Shown here: one piece after another, positions 25,924-37,058 of the stretch
Layout of the letters: each line of letters opens with the position of its first letter
How positions within the stretch are numbered: position 1 is the stretch's first letter
DNA from: Pseudorhizobium sp.
GTDB lineage: Bacteria > Pseudomonadota > Alphaproteobacteria > Rhizobiales > Rhizobiaceae
Length of the DNA: 64,000 nt
Assembly: GCA_046314035.1 (NCBI GenBank)
Contig: JBKBXP010000001.1
Coordinates: 580 to 64,579 of the forward strand
Direction of reading: 5' to 3'
Made by a program: the position numbers and the translations under genes
The notes under the pieces: model-generated
Told to the model about the DNA's origin: nothing
Database searches by the model: none
What the model saw: the letters and a program-made list of their open reading frames with translations, nothing else

Positions 25924-27465
25924 ATGGAAATTCTGGCCCGCCCTACGAGCTTCGATGATCGCACTGGTCCTGATTTTTGGATTGACGAAGCGATCTGGGG
26001 TCATCGTCTTTACGACGAACAAACACCCTGGCTCACGTTTCTCGAATTCATGACGGTCCTGCTTGCAGAGCACCGTGCGGGGCGCGCGCTTCGCGAGGAA
26101 ACGCTTAACAGCCTCTCCTATCGGCCGCAGCTGCAGTTGCGACTTCGGAACCTGGTCTTCAACAATCCGCACATCATGACTGTCCTTGCCGAGGACCGCG
26201 CAGATGAAGCTGCCTGGACGATTTGGCTCGGCAAGATGGCTGAGACTGCTGGCGGCCTAGACTGCACTGATTTCTCCTATCTGCGCGACAGATTTGAGAG
26301 TTTTCAGGATTTTGCTGCCGTAATCGGCTTTCTTCAGGGGTCAGCTATTGAAGGCTCCAGCAACAAGCGCTGGTCTTCGAAGTTTGTTTTCCCATTTGGG
26401 CCAAACGCTCTCTACGAGGACGCCAACGTCAACCCCCGTGGCGGCGTATCCAACGATCGCCGGTTTTTCGCTCGCACCGGCGAGCTCCTTTATCTGATGC
26501 TCTGTCGGAGCGGTGTGGCGAATGAGCTACGCGGCCTTGTGGTGTCCCGGTTCCTCGAGAACCCGGCTCCATATGACAGTATGGCCCGGGCGCTCCAAAA
26601 CGATCCTCAATTCTCGAAGGCAGAGCGTGCAGGTGCATACCTGCCGTGCTCATCCCATCCGGTCTTCGACCGACTCGCGGAAGACTGGCTCGCAATCCTT
26701 GGCTCGCCGATCCCTGCTTATGATGCCATCCCTCACTTGGTCGCGATGACCGGCCTTAACCTCACGCTGTATCAACTCGAGCGCGCGCGCGAGGTTCTCG
26801 ATGGCGACCCGGTCCAGCTCGTCTGCGAGATCGTTTCGCCCCGTAAGTCGGTGGTTCGCGATCTTTCCGCTGACTCCTATCAGCGAAACAATAGTCTTCC
26901 CCAGCAAGCGGTTGAGCGCTTTGTCCGGCAGGTCACCGAAACCGAAGAATGGCACTCGGCCGTCGTGTCGGAGGACCCAATTCTGAACGCTGCGGATATA
27001 CTCAAGCATACCTTTGGGTGGCCTGACACAGATGATGAGGAAATAGCGCCTGATCCAACCGCGTTGATCGACCAGCTGGCCGACCGCGCCATAAGCCGCC
27101 ACAAGCAGCATATCGGCAAGATCCATATGACATGGTCACGGGCCATCGGGCTCTCGTCGCGGCGGTCCAGCCGTCGTGTGCGCTATGCACCGACCGACAG
27201 GCTCCTGAAGACGCTCGTAGTATGCTGCGTGGCCAAACGTCTTGAGTTTCGAGATTTCCTTGCGCTTCTTCATGAGCGCTATGGCCTGGTCATCGGAGAC
27301 GCCCAAGCTCGCAGCTTCATAGCCAGCGGCGATGCCGACCAGGAAGATTTCTCCGATAATGCTAGGCGACTAGAAGAGCGGCTTGCAAGCCTCGGCTTGC
27401 TCAAGCGTCTCTCAGATTCCTGCGCCTATGTCGAAAACCCCTTCGAACGAGCCCAAGCCGCGTGA
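25924..27465 (+). CDS. sspG: SspG-like restriction subunit
   Basis: C-terminal winged-helix-like LASLGLLKRLSDSCAYVENPF resembles DndG/DptG ends; assigned partly by position. Confidence 0.65.
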   Translation: MEILARPTSFDDRTGPDFWIDEAIWGHRLYDEQTPWLTFLEFMTVLLAEHRAGRALREETLNSLSYRPQLQLRLRNLVFNNPHIMTVLAEDRADEAAWTIWLGKMAETAGGLDCTDFSYLRDRFESFQDFAAVIGFLQGSAIEGSSNKRWSSKFVFPFGPNALYEDANVNPRGGVSNDRRFFARTGELLYLMLCRSGVANELRGLVVSRFLENPAPYDSMARALQNDPQFSKAERAGAYLPCSSHPVFDRLAEDWLAILGSPIPAYDAIPHLVAMTGLNLTLYQLERAREVLDGDPVQLVCEIVSPRKSVVRDLSADSYQRNNSLPQQAVERFVRQVTETEEWHSAVVSEDPILNAADILKHTFGWPDTDDEEIAPDPTALIDQLADRAISRHKQHIGKIHMTWSRAIGLSSRRSSRRVRYAPTDRLLKTLVVCCVAKRLEFRDFLALLHERYGLVIGDAQARSFIASGDADQEDFSDNARRLEERLASLGLLKRLSDSCAYVENPFERAQAA

Positions 27466-30400
27466 CCCCTTCAAACCTCATCGGTGCAGCCGGCGCCGCT
27501 TCGATTCGCCAACGCCTCTCTTCAATCTCAGAGGCTGACGGAGTAGCTAGGTATCTGCTTGATCGCCTTACCGGTGAGCAAGTTGCTGCGATCACAAGAG
27601 CGCTTCTCGAGGACTCCAGCACGCAAGCCCTTCTCAAGATCGCGCTGCCGCGGAATTTGGTCGGTGATTTTGGACTGCCGGACCACGTCGTCACCGACGA
27701 GCGAACGGTCGCAGTCCGTCACGCAGAGTGTGATCGTCCCGCCTTGTTACTTGCGAATACAGACGACGACCAGGGAGCTTCACTAGGCGATGTAACGCTT
27801 ATTGGCGCTAAGCAGCTTACCGAAGACGCTGATCCATGGGTCGAGGCCGCCGCAGCAGGATTGGGGCTTCCCGACAGTCAGATCGGGGCATGGAAGGCGG
27901 CGCTCAAGGGTTTGAACAACGCCGACGATTGGACGCTTCACCAAATCTCGAACTATGTCGCTCTAACTCGTGAGCGGATCGCTGCGGAGTCGACCACTGT
28001 TCCGGATGCACTAGGTTGGGCGCTTCCCGCACTCCATCTCCCCCGTGACAGCGGCTATTTCCTGAGCATTAGGGAGCTGGAGCAGTCTCGTCGCTGGAAG
28101 CGGCAGTTCGAAAAGCTAGTCTCTGACCGGAAGCCGTTGCTCGCCAAGCAGCGTCCGAACAGGCAGATCATCGAGGGCGAGGAGCTGCGGTCACAATTCG
28201 AAGCGGTGAAAGAAGATATTCCAGTCACGGTCCATCCCGCAATCGAAGCTTTCATTACAGCCACGCCAGGATGGAACGAGGCAGCCAACGCTCTGTCCCA
28301 GTTTGAATGGGAGGGCCAGAGCGTCCTGCAGCTTTTTTCGGGCATCAAGCTCAAGAAGACAACGCTGCCGCAAGAAACGCTGACCTATTTCGAGTTCACG
28401 TTCCCCGATCGGCTCAGCCCGGCGGACATCGATTATCTCGAAGCGCTAAAGGCGCGGTCGCTCAAAGAGACGCGAGACGAGGACCGCGAGTTTTTCGAAG
28501 CTCACCGAGATGATATCGGCCAAGACAAGGCGCTTCGCGTCAAATGGGAGCGTTTCATCTTCGGACGTCCCATCGAATGCCATGACTTTCTCGAGGGACT
28601 GCTGCGGGCGTTGGAACGCCTGTTCGGGCAGGTAAACCTAGCCGGCGGTAATCGCTCGCTGACGATTCGCTCAGCACGTAGAAACCGTTCGCAATGGCTC
28701 GATATCAACGCCGACGTCGGGCTCGCCTTTGGCCTTCGTTACAGGGGGCTGCGCGAACTAATGGGGCCCACCATTACTTGGGATACGCCTCATATATTCG
28801 AGTATGAAGAAGTCCTGGACCGGGCTAAGAAGCGGAAAAAGTATCGGCGGAATGAATCGACCTCCCGCGCTGCTCTGCAGATCAAGTTCGACATTGTGCT
28901 GGAGTCGGGCTCGGAGCGTGCGACCGTCCAGCTCATCTGGATCGCGCAGCCCAACGCCGTCGGTCTCGAACTACCGAAGGACCTTGGCCGACTGTTGAAG
29001 CGACCACTGACGCGAAGCAGCGTCGCACGCTTGCCAGTCAACCGGAAGGGCGCACTTCAGTCGGTGTCGCTCACCGACGTTGGGACGCTGCAGCCCGCCT
29101 TCGGGCAAGATGCGGGCAGCTTGGTGCCAAGGACCACCGCGGGTGAAGATCTCGCCAAGACCTTTGCCAGAGCACTGAAGGTCGCGGGGCAGAGCGGCCG
29201 CATCGATCCGCATGGGCTTACGGCGGTTGAAGCGGCTTGGTCAATCTTCAGGGCGGAGTATATCGAGGCACTGAGCGCTCTTCAATCATCGGGCTATGCA
29301 TCGCCTTTCCTGCTTTCTCAAGCAGAGGCTTATGGCGCGCTCCTACGCGCACTGTCGCTACATGCGCCAGGCGATCTCAATCGCCGCGACCTTTGGGAGC
29401 CCGTCCTTAGCATCGGTGTGATCCCGGTTACGGGAAGTGCTCCTTCGGCGATTGTCGCTCCATGGCACCCTCTTCGCCTCGCGGCGGGCGCGATCAAGAT
29501 GCGCGCGGTTGCAGGGCTCGCAGACTACCTACTCTCCGACGTAGACGTGAACTTTGGCGACTCACGCCTGTTCTTTTCCGACCTGCGCGATGAGCTGGCC
29601 CATCCGCTCTATCCGGAAATCGCAGTCGGCTATGACGGGAGCGAAGCCGTTCTTCTCACCGAGACGGGCACGGTGAACGATTACAGCTTGTTGGAACGCC
29701 CGGTCCGCGACCCGTCCGAAGCGACGACTGACGTCGATCCCGCAGAGGCTGCTCGCCAGATCCGCAGCCTGTTGGAGCGCTATCTGGACCTTCAGCCGCA
29801 TGAGCGCTCGAATCTCAGCATCATGCTCTTCAACTGCGATGCCGCCGGTTTGCCTTTAGCCACGGTAAATGTCCTGAGCTCGGTGCAGGACCAGGAAGAG
29901 GTTCATTGCAACGTGCTCGTCCGCCATCGGGATCGTTCGCGTCTCTCCCATGTCTATGGTGAGCTGCTCGATCGCTCCGAAGGTGATTCGGACGCCATCG
30001 TTGTGAGCGAGACCTCTCGCAATTTCATGTCGAAGCTGCGCATTGGAGTGATGCTTGACAGCGGTGCCGCCCGGCCCAGCGATGCGGCCCGAGAAATCGA
30101 CATCGCGTTCCTTCATGATGTGGTGTCTCGACAGGCGCGCGAACAATGGTTCCCGGTGCCTGCCGCAGCCGCGAACCCTTCGCTTCTCGAGCATGTCCCG
30201 GCTCGTTGGTCCTACCGGCGCGTCACGGCCGAAGATGAGCTTAAGGCCACGGTCTACTTGACCTGTCCGCGCCAGCCTGATGCTGGTTGGGCCTATGTTG
30301 ATGCGGTTGCGAACGTCATCCGCCGGCAAGCGCATGGGGCCAAAGAGCACTATCTGCCGGCACGGCAGATATCCTTCCAGGATTCCGGCCTGAAGGCCAT

Positions 30401-32873
30401 GTTCGACGAGGTCCACGATCTCGCAGAGTGGGTCGCAACCTATGATGACCTGTTAGACAAACGGCAGCTTGCTGCGCAGGGTATCAATGTAATTCGCTAT
30501 CGCCGACAGCGGACGCACGGCCGCAATATGGTGGTCTCGTCGACATCTGAACTGCGGATTCTAAATGTCCTTGTTCGCCGCCGATTGTCGGAACTCTCAC
30601 TCGGGCTCGATGATGAGCGCTTATCGAAGCTCGCCAAACGTCTAATCGACGATGCCAATGCCATTTCCGGCGATATCGTTCTTCGCGCCGCGAAGCGGGG
30701 GGGTTCTGCCGGGGAACTGATCGGTCTCGTCCTTAGCAGGGCACTGGTGGCAGAGGAGCTCGGTGATCATGCTGCCGTCGCGTGGTTCCTGCTCGACGAC
30801 TATGCGGGATGGCTCGGACAACGCGAGGAGGGCATCGCAGACATCCTTGCGCTCTGTTTGGTTGAGGGTGAAGGTGGAGCACCACATTTGCGTGCGATCG
30901 TCACCGAGGCAAAATATGTCGATCAAAGTGGGTCTGCCGAAGCGAGCCGAAAGTCTCGCCAGCAGCTACGGCAGACTGTGGCGCGCATCGACGATGCACT
31001 GTTTGGCGATCCAGGACGTCTCGATCGGGACCTCTGGCTTTCGCGGATTGCGGACCTCCTGCTCGACGGCACGGCGGCACTTGGGCAGACGAGTCTGCTC
31101 GAGCAGGTCCGCGACGGTATTCGGCGCGGCGAAGTTCCAATCGATCTGCGCGGCTACTCGCACATCTTCATCTCCGGCCCAGCGACTGATGGGTCCTCAA
31201 TCGGCGAGCAGAATGTGGTTCCCGATGTAAACGGGGGGCTACAGGAGACTTTCACCCGTGAGGGGCTCCGGCAGTTGCTCAAAGCCTATGAAGCAGGACA
31301 GCCATTGAAGGCACTGCGCGCTAGCTTGGGAGGAAATGATAGTTGGGACCACCCTGAATATCGTGACCCTGCACCGCGCGTTGATTGGACAAAGGGACTT
31401 ACCGTCAAGCCAAAGTCTACGGTCTCGGCCAAGCTGATCCAGCATGACTATGACAACGAAGACGATGATGAGGAGGAGGCGTCGGCGACTGTCCCCAAAT
31501 CATCCGAGCCATCCGTAACCGCTGAACCTGCCGTGCCACTAGTGACTGAGGAACCTCCTCTTGCGGCATCTGAGCCGTCCGCACCGTTCCAATCGGTCCC
31601 TGGGCTGGAGCCAGCTACAATCTCAGCGATAACGGCGCAGGCTCCAGAGGACACGATCATCAAGCCCGCAGCGCCAACGCCTGCGCTCGGATCAAAGGCC
31701 ATTGATGCCTTAATTGCGGCCCACGCGCAGAAGGCACACGAGGACTCTGCGGAAGAACGGGCCTGGCTCGATACTACTGCTCAGAAGCTCCGGTCGGCGT
31801 TAATGGGCTATAATCTGCAGGCCAAGGTTCTCGGAACGAGACTCACGCCAAACGCGGCGCTGATCCGCTTTATGGGGAGCGACCGTCTACGCGTTGAAGA
31901 TATCGAGGCTAAGCAGTCGGCTTTGCTTACTACCCACGGGCTTCGTCTGATTTCGGTGTCGCCGCTTCCGGGCGAGATCGTCGTTGGTGTCGCTCGGCCC
32001 CAGCGTCAGGTAGTTTCGCTCTGGGATGTTTGGGGTCGCCGTGAAGTGAACCGCAATGCGGCTGGCGTGAACACATCCTTCGTCCTCGGCCTAAAGGAGC
32101 TCGACGGGGACATCCTCTACCTCAATCTGGGCGGGGCATTCGCCGGCGGACAATCGCACGAGCCGCACACGCTCGTTGCGGGCGCAACAGGCTCGGGCAA
32201 ATCTGTTCTCATCCAGGCTCTGTTGCTCGACATCGCCGCTACCAATTCAAGCGCGCTGGCCCATATCTACTTGATCGATCCGAAGATGGGGGTCGACTAT
32301 GTAGCGATCGAACGGCTTCCGCATCTGCAGGGCGGGGTCATTGTCGATCAGACCCGCGCTGTTGAGGTGATGGAGGCGCTCGTTGGTGAAATGGAGCGAC
32401 GCTATGAGTTGTTCCGGGCCAACGGTGCTCGAGACATTCGCGCTTACAACACGAAGGTCACTGCCGGGGAGCGGTTGCCCTATGTGTTCCTTGTCCATGA
32501 TGAGTTTGCCGAGTGGATGCTCACCGAGGACTACAAGGCTGCGGTTACCGCGAATGTGTCGCGCCTAGGTGTGAAGGCGCGCGCAGCCGGCATGCATCTC
32601 ATCTTTGCTGCGCAGAGGCCAGACGCGAACGTCATGCCGATGCAGTTGCGCGATAACCTCGGCAACCGGCTTATTCTCAAGGTAGCAAGTGTGGGAACGT
32701 CGGAAATCGCCCTTGGCGTAAAAGGTGCTGAGCAATTGCTAGGTCTCGGCCATCTGGCGGCACGGCTGAGTGGTGAACCTGCGATCATCTATGCTCAGGC
32801 ACCATTTCTGTCCGATGACGACATTGATGATGTCGTGGATGCGATTAGAGCTAGCGACGCTGTGAAGACCTAG
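27462..32873 (+). CDS. sspH: SspH-like large protein with C-terminal FtsK/SpoIIIE ATPase
   Basis: 1803 aa; HTLVAGATGSGKS, LIDPK, VHDEFAE, ARAAGMHLIFAAQRP. Confidence 0.75.
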   Translation: MTPSNLIGAAGAASIRQRLSSISEADGVARYLLDRLTGEQVAAITRALLEDSSTQALLKIALPRNLVGDFGLPDHVVTDERTVAVRHAECDRPALLLANTDDDQGASLGDVTLIGAKQLTEDADPWVEAAAAGLGLPDSQIGAWKAALKGLNNADDWTLHQISNYVALTRERIAAESTTVPDALGWALPALHLPRDSGYFLSIRELEQSRRWKRQFEKLVSDRKPLLAKQRPNRQIIEGEELRSQFEAVKEDIPVTVHPAIEAFITATPGWNEAANALSQFEWEGQSVLQLFSGIKLKKTTLPQETLTYFEFTFPDRLSPADIDYLEALKARSLKETRDEDREFFEAHRDDIGQDKALRVKWERFIFGRPIECHDFLEGLLRALERLFGQVNLAGGNRSLTIRSARRNRSQWLDINADVGLAFGLRYRGLRELMGPTITWDTPHIFEYEEVLDRAKKRKKYRRNESTSRAALQIKFDIVLESGSERATVQLIWIAQPNAVGLELPKDLGRLLKRPLTRSSVARLPVNRKGALQSVSLTDVGTLQPAFGQDAGSLVPRTTAGEDLAKTFARALKVAGQSGRIDPHGLTAVEAAWSIFRAEYIEALSALQSSGYASPFLLSQAEAYGALLRALSLHAPGDLNRRDLWEPVLSIGVIPVTGSAPSAIVAPWHPLRLAAGAIKMRAVAGLADYLLSDVDVNFGDSRLFFSDLRDELAHPLYPEIAVGYDGSEAVLLTETGTVNDYSLLERPVRDPSEATTDVDPAEAARQIRSLLERYLDLQPHERSNLSIMLFNCDAAGLPLATVNVLSSVQDQEEVHCNVLVRHRDRSRLSHVYGELLDRSEGDSDAIVVSETSRNFMSKLRIGVMLDSGAARPSDAAREIDIAFLHDVVSRQAREQWFPVPAAAANPSLLEHVPARWSYRRVTAEDELKATVYLTCPRQPDAGWAYVDAVANVIRRQAHGAKEHYLPARQISFQDSGLKAMFDEVHDLAEWVATYDDLLDKRQLAAQGINVIRYRRQRTHGRNMVVSSTSELRILNVLVRRRLSELSLGLDDERLSKLAKRLIDDANAISGDIVLRAAKRGGSAGELIGLVLSRALVAEELGDHAAVAWFLLDDYAGWLGQREEGIADILALCLVEGEGGAPHLRAIVTEAKYVDQSGSAEASRKSRQQLRQTVARIDDALFGDPGRLDRDLWLSRIADLLLDGTAALGQTSLLEQVRDGIRRGEVPIDLRGYSHIFISGPATDGSSIGEQNVVPDVNGGLQETFTREGLRQLLKAYEAGQPLKALRASLGGNDSWDHPEYRDPAPRVDWTKGLTVKPKSTVSAKLIQHDYDNEDDDEEEASATVPKSSEPSVTAEPAVPLVTEEPPLAASEPSAPFQSVPGLEPATISAITAQAPEDTIIKPAAPTPALGSKAIDALIAAHAQKAHEDSAEERAWLDTTAQKLRSALMGYNLQAKVLGTRLTPNAALIRFMGSDRLRVEDIEAKQSALLTTHGLRLISVSPLPGEIVVGVARPQRQVVSLWDVWGRREVNRNAAGVNTSFVLGLKELDGDILYLNLGGAFAGGQSHEPHTLVAGATGSGKSVLIQALLLDIAATNSSALAHIYLIDPKMGVDYVAIERLPHLQGGVIVDQTRAVEVMEALVGEMERRYELFRANGARDIRAYNTKVTAGERLPYVFLVHDEFAEWMLTEDYKAAVTANVSRLGVKARAAGMHLIFAAQRPDANVMPMQLRDNLGNRLILKVASVGTSEIALGVKGAEQLLGLGHLAARLSGEPAIIYAQAPFLSDDDIDDVVDAIRASDAVKT

Positions 32874-32916
32874 TTTGGCATAAAAGCTTGAGACCGTGAG
32901 GTCGAGCACTCGCCGT

Positions 32917-33756
32917 CTACTTATGGCAGATGACGCAGCTGCTCGATCCTTCGTCGATACCGTAGGCGTCATCGATTGTCTCTGCCGTGTTGGCAGAGAG
33001 CGGGTTCACCCGACGGTTGCGGAACAGCCGCTCGCGCCGCTTCTGATAGTCGAGTTTGATCTGATCTACCCGCGCTGGCTCGATGAGCTCCGTAAGGCTT
33101 TCACCCTGGCTCCAAGTAAACGGCGAACCGTCACGAAGTGCGGTCTTTTCGTAGTCTACAGCTTCGGCAAAGCGGTCTGGATGCTCCTCGAAAAGGCGAA
33201 CCCATTCGATCTTCTGCTGGAAGAAGCAGAACGTGCAGCCCGACCGTGATCGCCACTTATAATATTCGGGCTCGCCGACGTCCGATTGGTCGAGGATCTC
33301 GATCACACCAAGTCGATCGATGCCTGCATCCCTCAGCGGGAGATGAACCCGCATGTTTGGGTGTGTAGCTTGATACCCCTCGCGGCTCGGTTCGTCCGCA
33401 CGGATCGCAACGTAGGAGTGGACGATAGTGCCACTGTCTAAGTCGTCTCGGAGCCAATGCTCCAAAGGGCGTAGCTTGAGCTGGCGGGTGCACCAGCGCG
33501 TGCGCGGTGATGGGAGAAAGTTCCCATACTCCTCGAGCCAAAAATCGAAGTCGCGATCGGGATTCAGCCTCTCAATCGGGCGGCCAAGAAAGCCCTCCAA
33601 CTTGTCGAGGAACTTGTAAACCTCGGGAAGCTCTTTGCCCGTGTCAGTGAAGAAATATTCGATCGGTAACTCGGGTCGATATTGACGCATGTAAACAGCC
33701 AGCGCGGCACTGTCCCGACCGCCCGACAGTCCCAGGATATGGCGCTCTTTGCTCAC
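32917..33756 (-). CDS. sspD: SspD (DndC-like PAPS-reductase-family Fe-S protein)
   Basis: PP-loop SGGRDS, FTDTG, WCTRQLK, RSGCTFC and terminal CVICHK. Confidence 0.85.
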   Translation of the reverse strand: MSKERHILGLSGGRDSAALAVYMRQYRPELPIEYFFTDTGKELPEVYKFLDKLEGFLGRPIERLNPDRDFDFWLEEYGNFLPSPRTRWCTRQLKLRPLEHWLRDDLDSGTIVHSYVAIRADEPSREGYQATHPNMRVHLPLRDAGIDRLGVIEILDQSDVGEPEYYKWRSRSGCTFCFFQQKIEWVRLFEEHPDRFAEAVDYEKTALRDGSPFTWSQGESLTELIEPARVDQIKLDYQKRRERLFRNRRVNPLSANTAETIDDAYGIDEGSSSCVICHK

Positions 33757-36700
33757 GCGATTTCCACTTCGTCATCTGTCTCCGCCGCGAGCATCGCGAC
33801 CGCTCGTGCAAGCGCTGCAAGGCGAAGTCGTCCCGATATTTCGTCAGCCCGAAGGTCAGCAACGACCCGGTCCGCCAAGCTCGCAGCAGCGTTCTTCTCC
33901 TTGTCGTTCAGAACGAAGCTGCGCAGCAGTGGTGGAGCTTTAGGATCCAATCCAACGACCAAAGCGAGGGCTTCGGTATGCGACTGGCGGTCGCGGACGA
34001 CCGCGAGCGCCTCTAGCTCCCTGAAGCGGCGCCCGAAGCGGGCGATCTCGGTCAGGGCCTCCTCGCGATCGCGATCGGACCAGTTTCTAGCTGGTCGGTG
34101 CAGAAGGACGCTAACCAGGCTTTCAATATCACCAGTTCCTTGCTCGATCGCAGCCGCACGGTCCGCGAACGCATCGAATGCGTAGTCGTTCGTGAGGCCT
34201 TTCACCGATGCGACCCTGTCAGAAATGCCACTGAAGGATTCCGCCTCGACACCGAGTGCTCGTGCGAGCGCCTGACGTAGTTCCACGAGCAGGCTGGGAT
34301 AAGCCGCCTCGCACGCCAACAATCCCTCGAATACAAGGTCGGGCGTCAATCTCTCTCCGAACGCATCTGGAAGAGCATCGAACAGCAGCGCCTCAGGATC
34401 CTCCGCCTTCGCCACGACGCCGCGCACCTTGCATGCGTCATCATCCAGTCTTTGCGTCCGCTTTGCAAAAGACGACAGGGCTTCGAATCGTTGGAACAGG
34501 GCCGCCGCGACGGGCAATGAGCCTTCGCTGGCCTCCGTAGCTAAACGTTCCGCCAACCCACTCAGGAACGCCGTCTCGCGGATTGATCGATCAATTCGAC
34601 GCAGGCGGAAACCGCCGGGTTTTTGAAGAAGTTTGTCGACAACGACGTCGTTGATCGCCGTCTGATAAACGCCGTCGATGTAGACCGCGACGCTGTCTCG
34701 GCGGGCCAGCATATAAGCCAGAGCCAATACCGGCATGACACCTGCCTTGAGTCCGAAAGGCGGGAGGGCCCATCGCTTGAATACCGCGTTGAGCCCTTCC
34801 ATACCAAGCTCGTCGAGCACGTTCCAAGCTGGTTGTAGCGATTGTCCTTCATCACTGTCATCGGGCTCACCAAAGGCGAACGCGCCTGAAGGCAACCGAT
34901 GGTGCAAGCCGAAGGGCTTCAGTGTCGTCAGATAGAGTCCAAGCTCTGCCGGATAGCCCGTGATCCCCAAATTTTCCTCTGCAAATCGCGTCACCATCGC
35001 GTGAGCTAGGTCGCGCAACGCGGCCATCGCGTTCGAAGATGGCTTGTCGCGCTGCAGCAGTTCGCTCTTTAGGATCGGAGCCGATGGATAGCCTGCGTCG
35101 GCAAGCGCGCTCGCAACCACTGCCAATGGTCCCCGCAGGCCTTTGTTGGGGGAGGGGGCCAGAAACCAACGCGCGGTCTCGAGGGATGCCTCAAGCGTCT
35201 GATGAAGCTGATCGATGCATAGCGACTGACGAGCGGCGATCTCTCGGCGCGCAATACGGTCGCCCTCGAGCTGTGGATGGTCTCGAATGACCCGCTCAAC
35301 TGCGAGGAGTTCTGCTGCGATTGAACGAAACGCAAAGCTGTCGGCGGCAGCACCGATTGCGACAACTCTGCCCTCGTCCTTTAGTTTCTTGGCGGTCGCT
35401 TTCGCGAGTGCATCGACATCCGAAGGTTGAAGGGATCCGTCCGAGAGCGTCAGTAAGAGCAGCCCACTGCCACGCTTTGGTCGGTTGAGAAGGGACATGG
35501 CTAGTTCGTCGGCAGCGTCATCAGTACCGACGATATGAAGCGCAATTTCAAAGGTACGAAGGGCGCCAGTCAGAAAGTAGTGTCGCTTCGCTGTCGCGAA
35601 GCCAAAGCCAACCCGTTGAGGTAGTTCTTCGAGCTGCTGATTCCCGACGGGGGTGATCGCGCGCCCGATGGCGTCTTCGAGATCGAAGTCGCTGCCGGCA
35701 AACAGTGCATAACCCCCAAGGCGCGGCTGGCGGATAAGCACCGCCCAATCGAGCAAGTCTTTGATCGCCGAGGACCGGATTTCTGCGGAAACGGTCGGCA
35801 GAGCGAACGCAAGTATGTCGTCTGCTAGCGCCAGACCCGATCCGTTCCGAAAGAATTCAATGACTGCGGCGGCTTTGGTCAACGCGACGTGCTCTGGACC
35901 GCCTTTCGCACCAGCCCGTTCAATAGCCTCAAAGGCCAGGCTGAACCGACTGCCTTCCGGTCCAGTTGCGAGGGCCATGCCAAAATTGGCTGAGAGATAG
36001 TCCCACAACATTGACGGGTCGTAAGTGCCGTCACCGATCTTGGTCGCTGAGAGGAATTGCTGGAAACCTGCTGGCTCGGCCGAGCTCAGAAAGCCAAAGA
36101 CGCTCCGCTCGTTCTGGGCGAAACGCGCGCGGGACACCGGGCCGAGCAGCAACGCCGTCACCGGGTTCAGCGGCCATGTCTCCGCAAGAGCCTGAGTGAG
36201 CGCCGGAACCTCGGTAGGCCGCCTTTTCGCAATCGCTTCTGCAACCTTGGCCGCCTCGGTGTGCGCCGACGAGGGCGGTTCACTCGCGATCGCGCGCCCG
36301 AGGAGGGCCACTGTCTCGTCCGCTCCGCTGAGGAAGGCGATATCTTGATAGCGGCCTTGAACCTTGGCCCATTCTTGGCGGGCATCGCGTGCCGCCCGAG
36401 CTGCATATTGCTCGAATGATTGGTGAAGGATGCCAATAACGACAAGCTGGCCATCGCTGCGGGAAGCCCGCTCTGCGATATCCTGTAGAAGGTGAACGTC
36501 TCCGCCCTCGAGCGCTTCATGCTCCAGCATCTTGCCGAGCTCATCGAGGATGACAAGCGTGCCGCCTGCCGTTTTCCCTGCGGGCACCAATGCCCCGATC
36601 AATGCCTCATCACTGGCACCGTATCTCTCGCGAGCGGGCTGATCCCAGCCGAAAGCACTGGCCGCAGCATCGGCTATTGCGTCGCGCAAGCGAACTCGTC

Positions 36701-37058
36701 CGCCGGTCACGGCAACGACGTGCCACTCGCCAACGCTTTCGGGAAAGGCTTTGGCGTAAAGCTCGGTCAGTGCCGGGCCTGCTAATTGCCTTGCTATCTT
36801 GCGGTTTGCGCGGCCGCCCGCCACCAAGTTAGCCAAAAGCAGGGCAGCGCTCGACTTGCCACCGCCATACGGCCCGGTCCAGGTAAAGGCACCTTGCTGG
36901 CTTTCGATCTGGCTCTCGGCAAGCAGCGTCAACGCCTTGGCGACTGTCGCTTGCAGAACATAGCCGACGAGAGGGGGGGTGCCGTTGAGATCGGCATCCA
37001 AACGCGCAGACCTCGCGAACCTTCGATCGATCGCAACCTTAGAGGAGAGGAGCGTCAT
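33753..37058 (-). CDS. sspC: SspC ATPase
   Basis: Walker A GPYGGGKS, Walker B ILDELGK, FAQNERSVFGFL; ATG 37058 overlaps the sspB stop. Confidence 0.82.
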   Translation of the reverse strand: MTLLSSKVAIDRRFARSARLDADLNGTPPLVGYVLQATVAKALTLLAESQIESQQGAFTWTGPYGGGKSSAALLLANLVAGGRANRKIARQLAGPALTELYAKAFPESVGEWHVVAVTGGRVRLRDAIADAAASAFGWDQPARERYGASDEALIGALVPAGKTAGGTLVILDELGKMLEHEALEGGDVHLLQDIAERASRSDGQLVVIGILHQSFEQYAARAARDARQEWAKVQGRYQDIAFLSGADETVALLGRAIASEPPSSAHTEAAKVAEAIAKRRPTEVPALTQALAETWPLNPVTALLLGPVSRARFAQNERSVFGFLSSAEPAGFQQFLSATKIGDGTYDPSMLWDYLSANFGMALATGPEGSRFSLAFEAIERAGAKGGPEHVALTKAAAVIEFFRNGSGLALADDILAFALPTVSAEIRSSAIKDLLDWAVLIRQPRLGGYALFAGSDFDLEDAIGRAITPVGNQQLEELPQRVGFGFATAKRHYFLTGALRTFEIALHIVGTDDAADELAMSLLNRPKRGSGLLLLTLSDGSLQPSDVDALAKATAKKLKDEGRVVAIGAAADSFAFRSIAAELLAVERVIRDHPQLEGDRIARREIAARQSLCIDQLHQTLEASLETARWFLAPSPNKGLRGPLAVVASALADAGYPSAPILKSELLQRDKPSSNAMAALRDLAHAMVTRFAEENLGITGYPAELGLYLTTLKPFGLHHRLPSGAFAFGEPDDSDEGQSLQPAWNVLDELGMEGLNAVFKRWALPPFGLKAGVMPVLALAYMLARRDSVAVYIDGVYQTAINDVVVDKLLQKPGGFRLRRIDRSIRETAFLSGLAERLATEASEGSLPVAAALFQRFEALSSFAKRTQRLDDDACKVRGVVAKAEDPEALLFDALPDAFGERLTPDLVFEGLLACEAAYPSLLVELRQALARALGVEAESFSGISDRVASVKGLTNDYAFDAFADRAAAIEQGTGDIESLVSVLLHRPARNWSDRDREEALTEIARFGRRFRELEALAVVRDRQSHTEALALVVGLDPKAPPLLRSFVLNDKEKNAAASLADRVVADLRADEISGRLRLAALARAVAMLAAETDDEVEIA

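Noticed and set aside
27462-32873. Cell-division FtsK or type VII secretion ATPase
   Set aside because: No N-terminal TM domain and no WXG100 genes; coupled to sspF/G-like genes.
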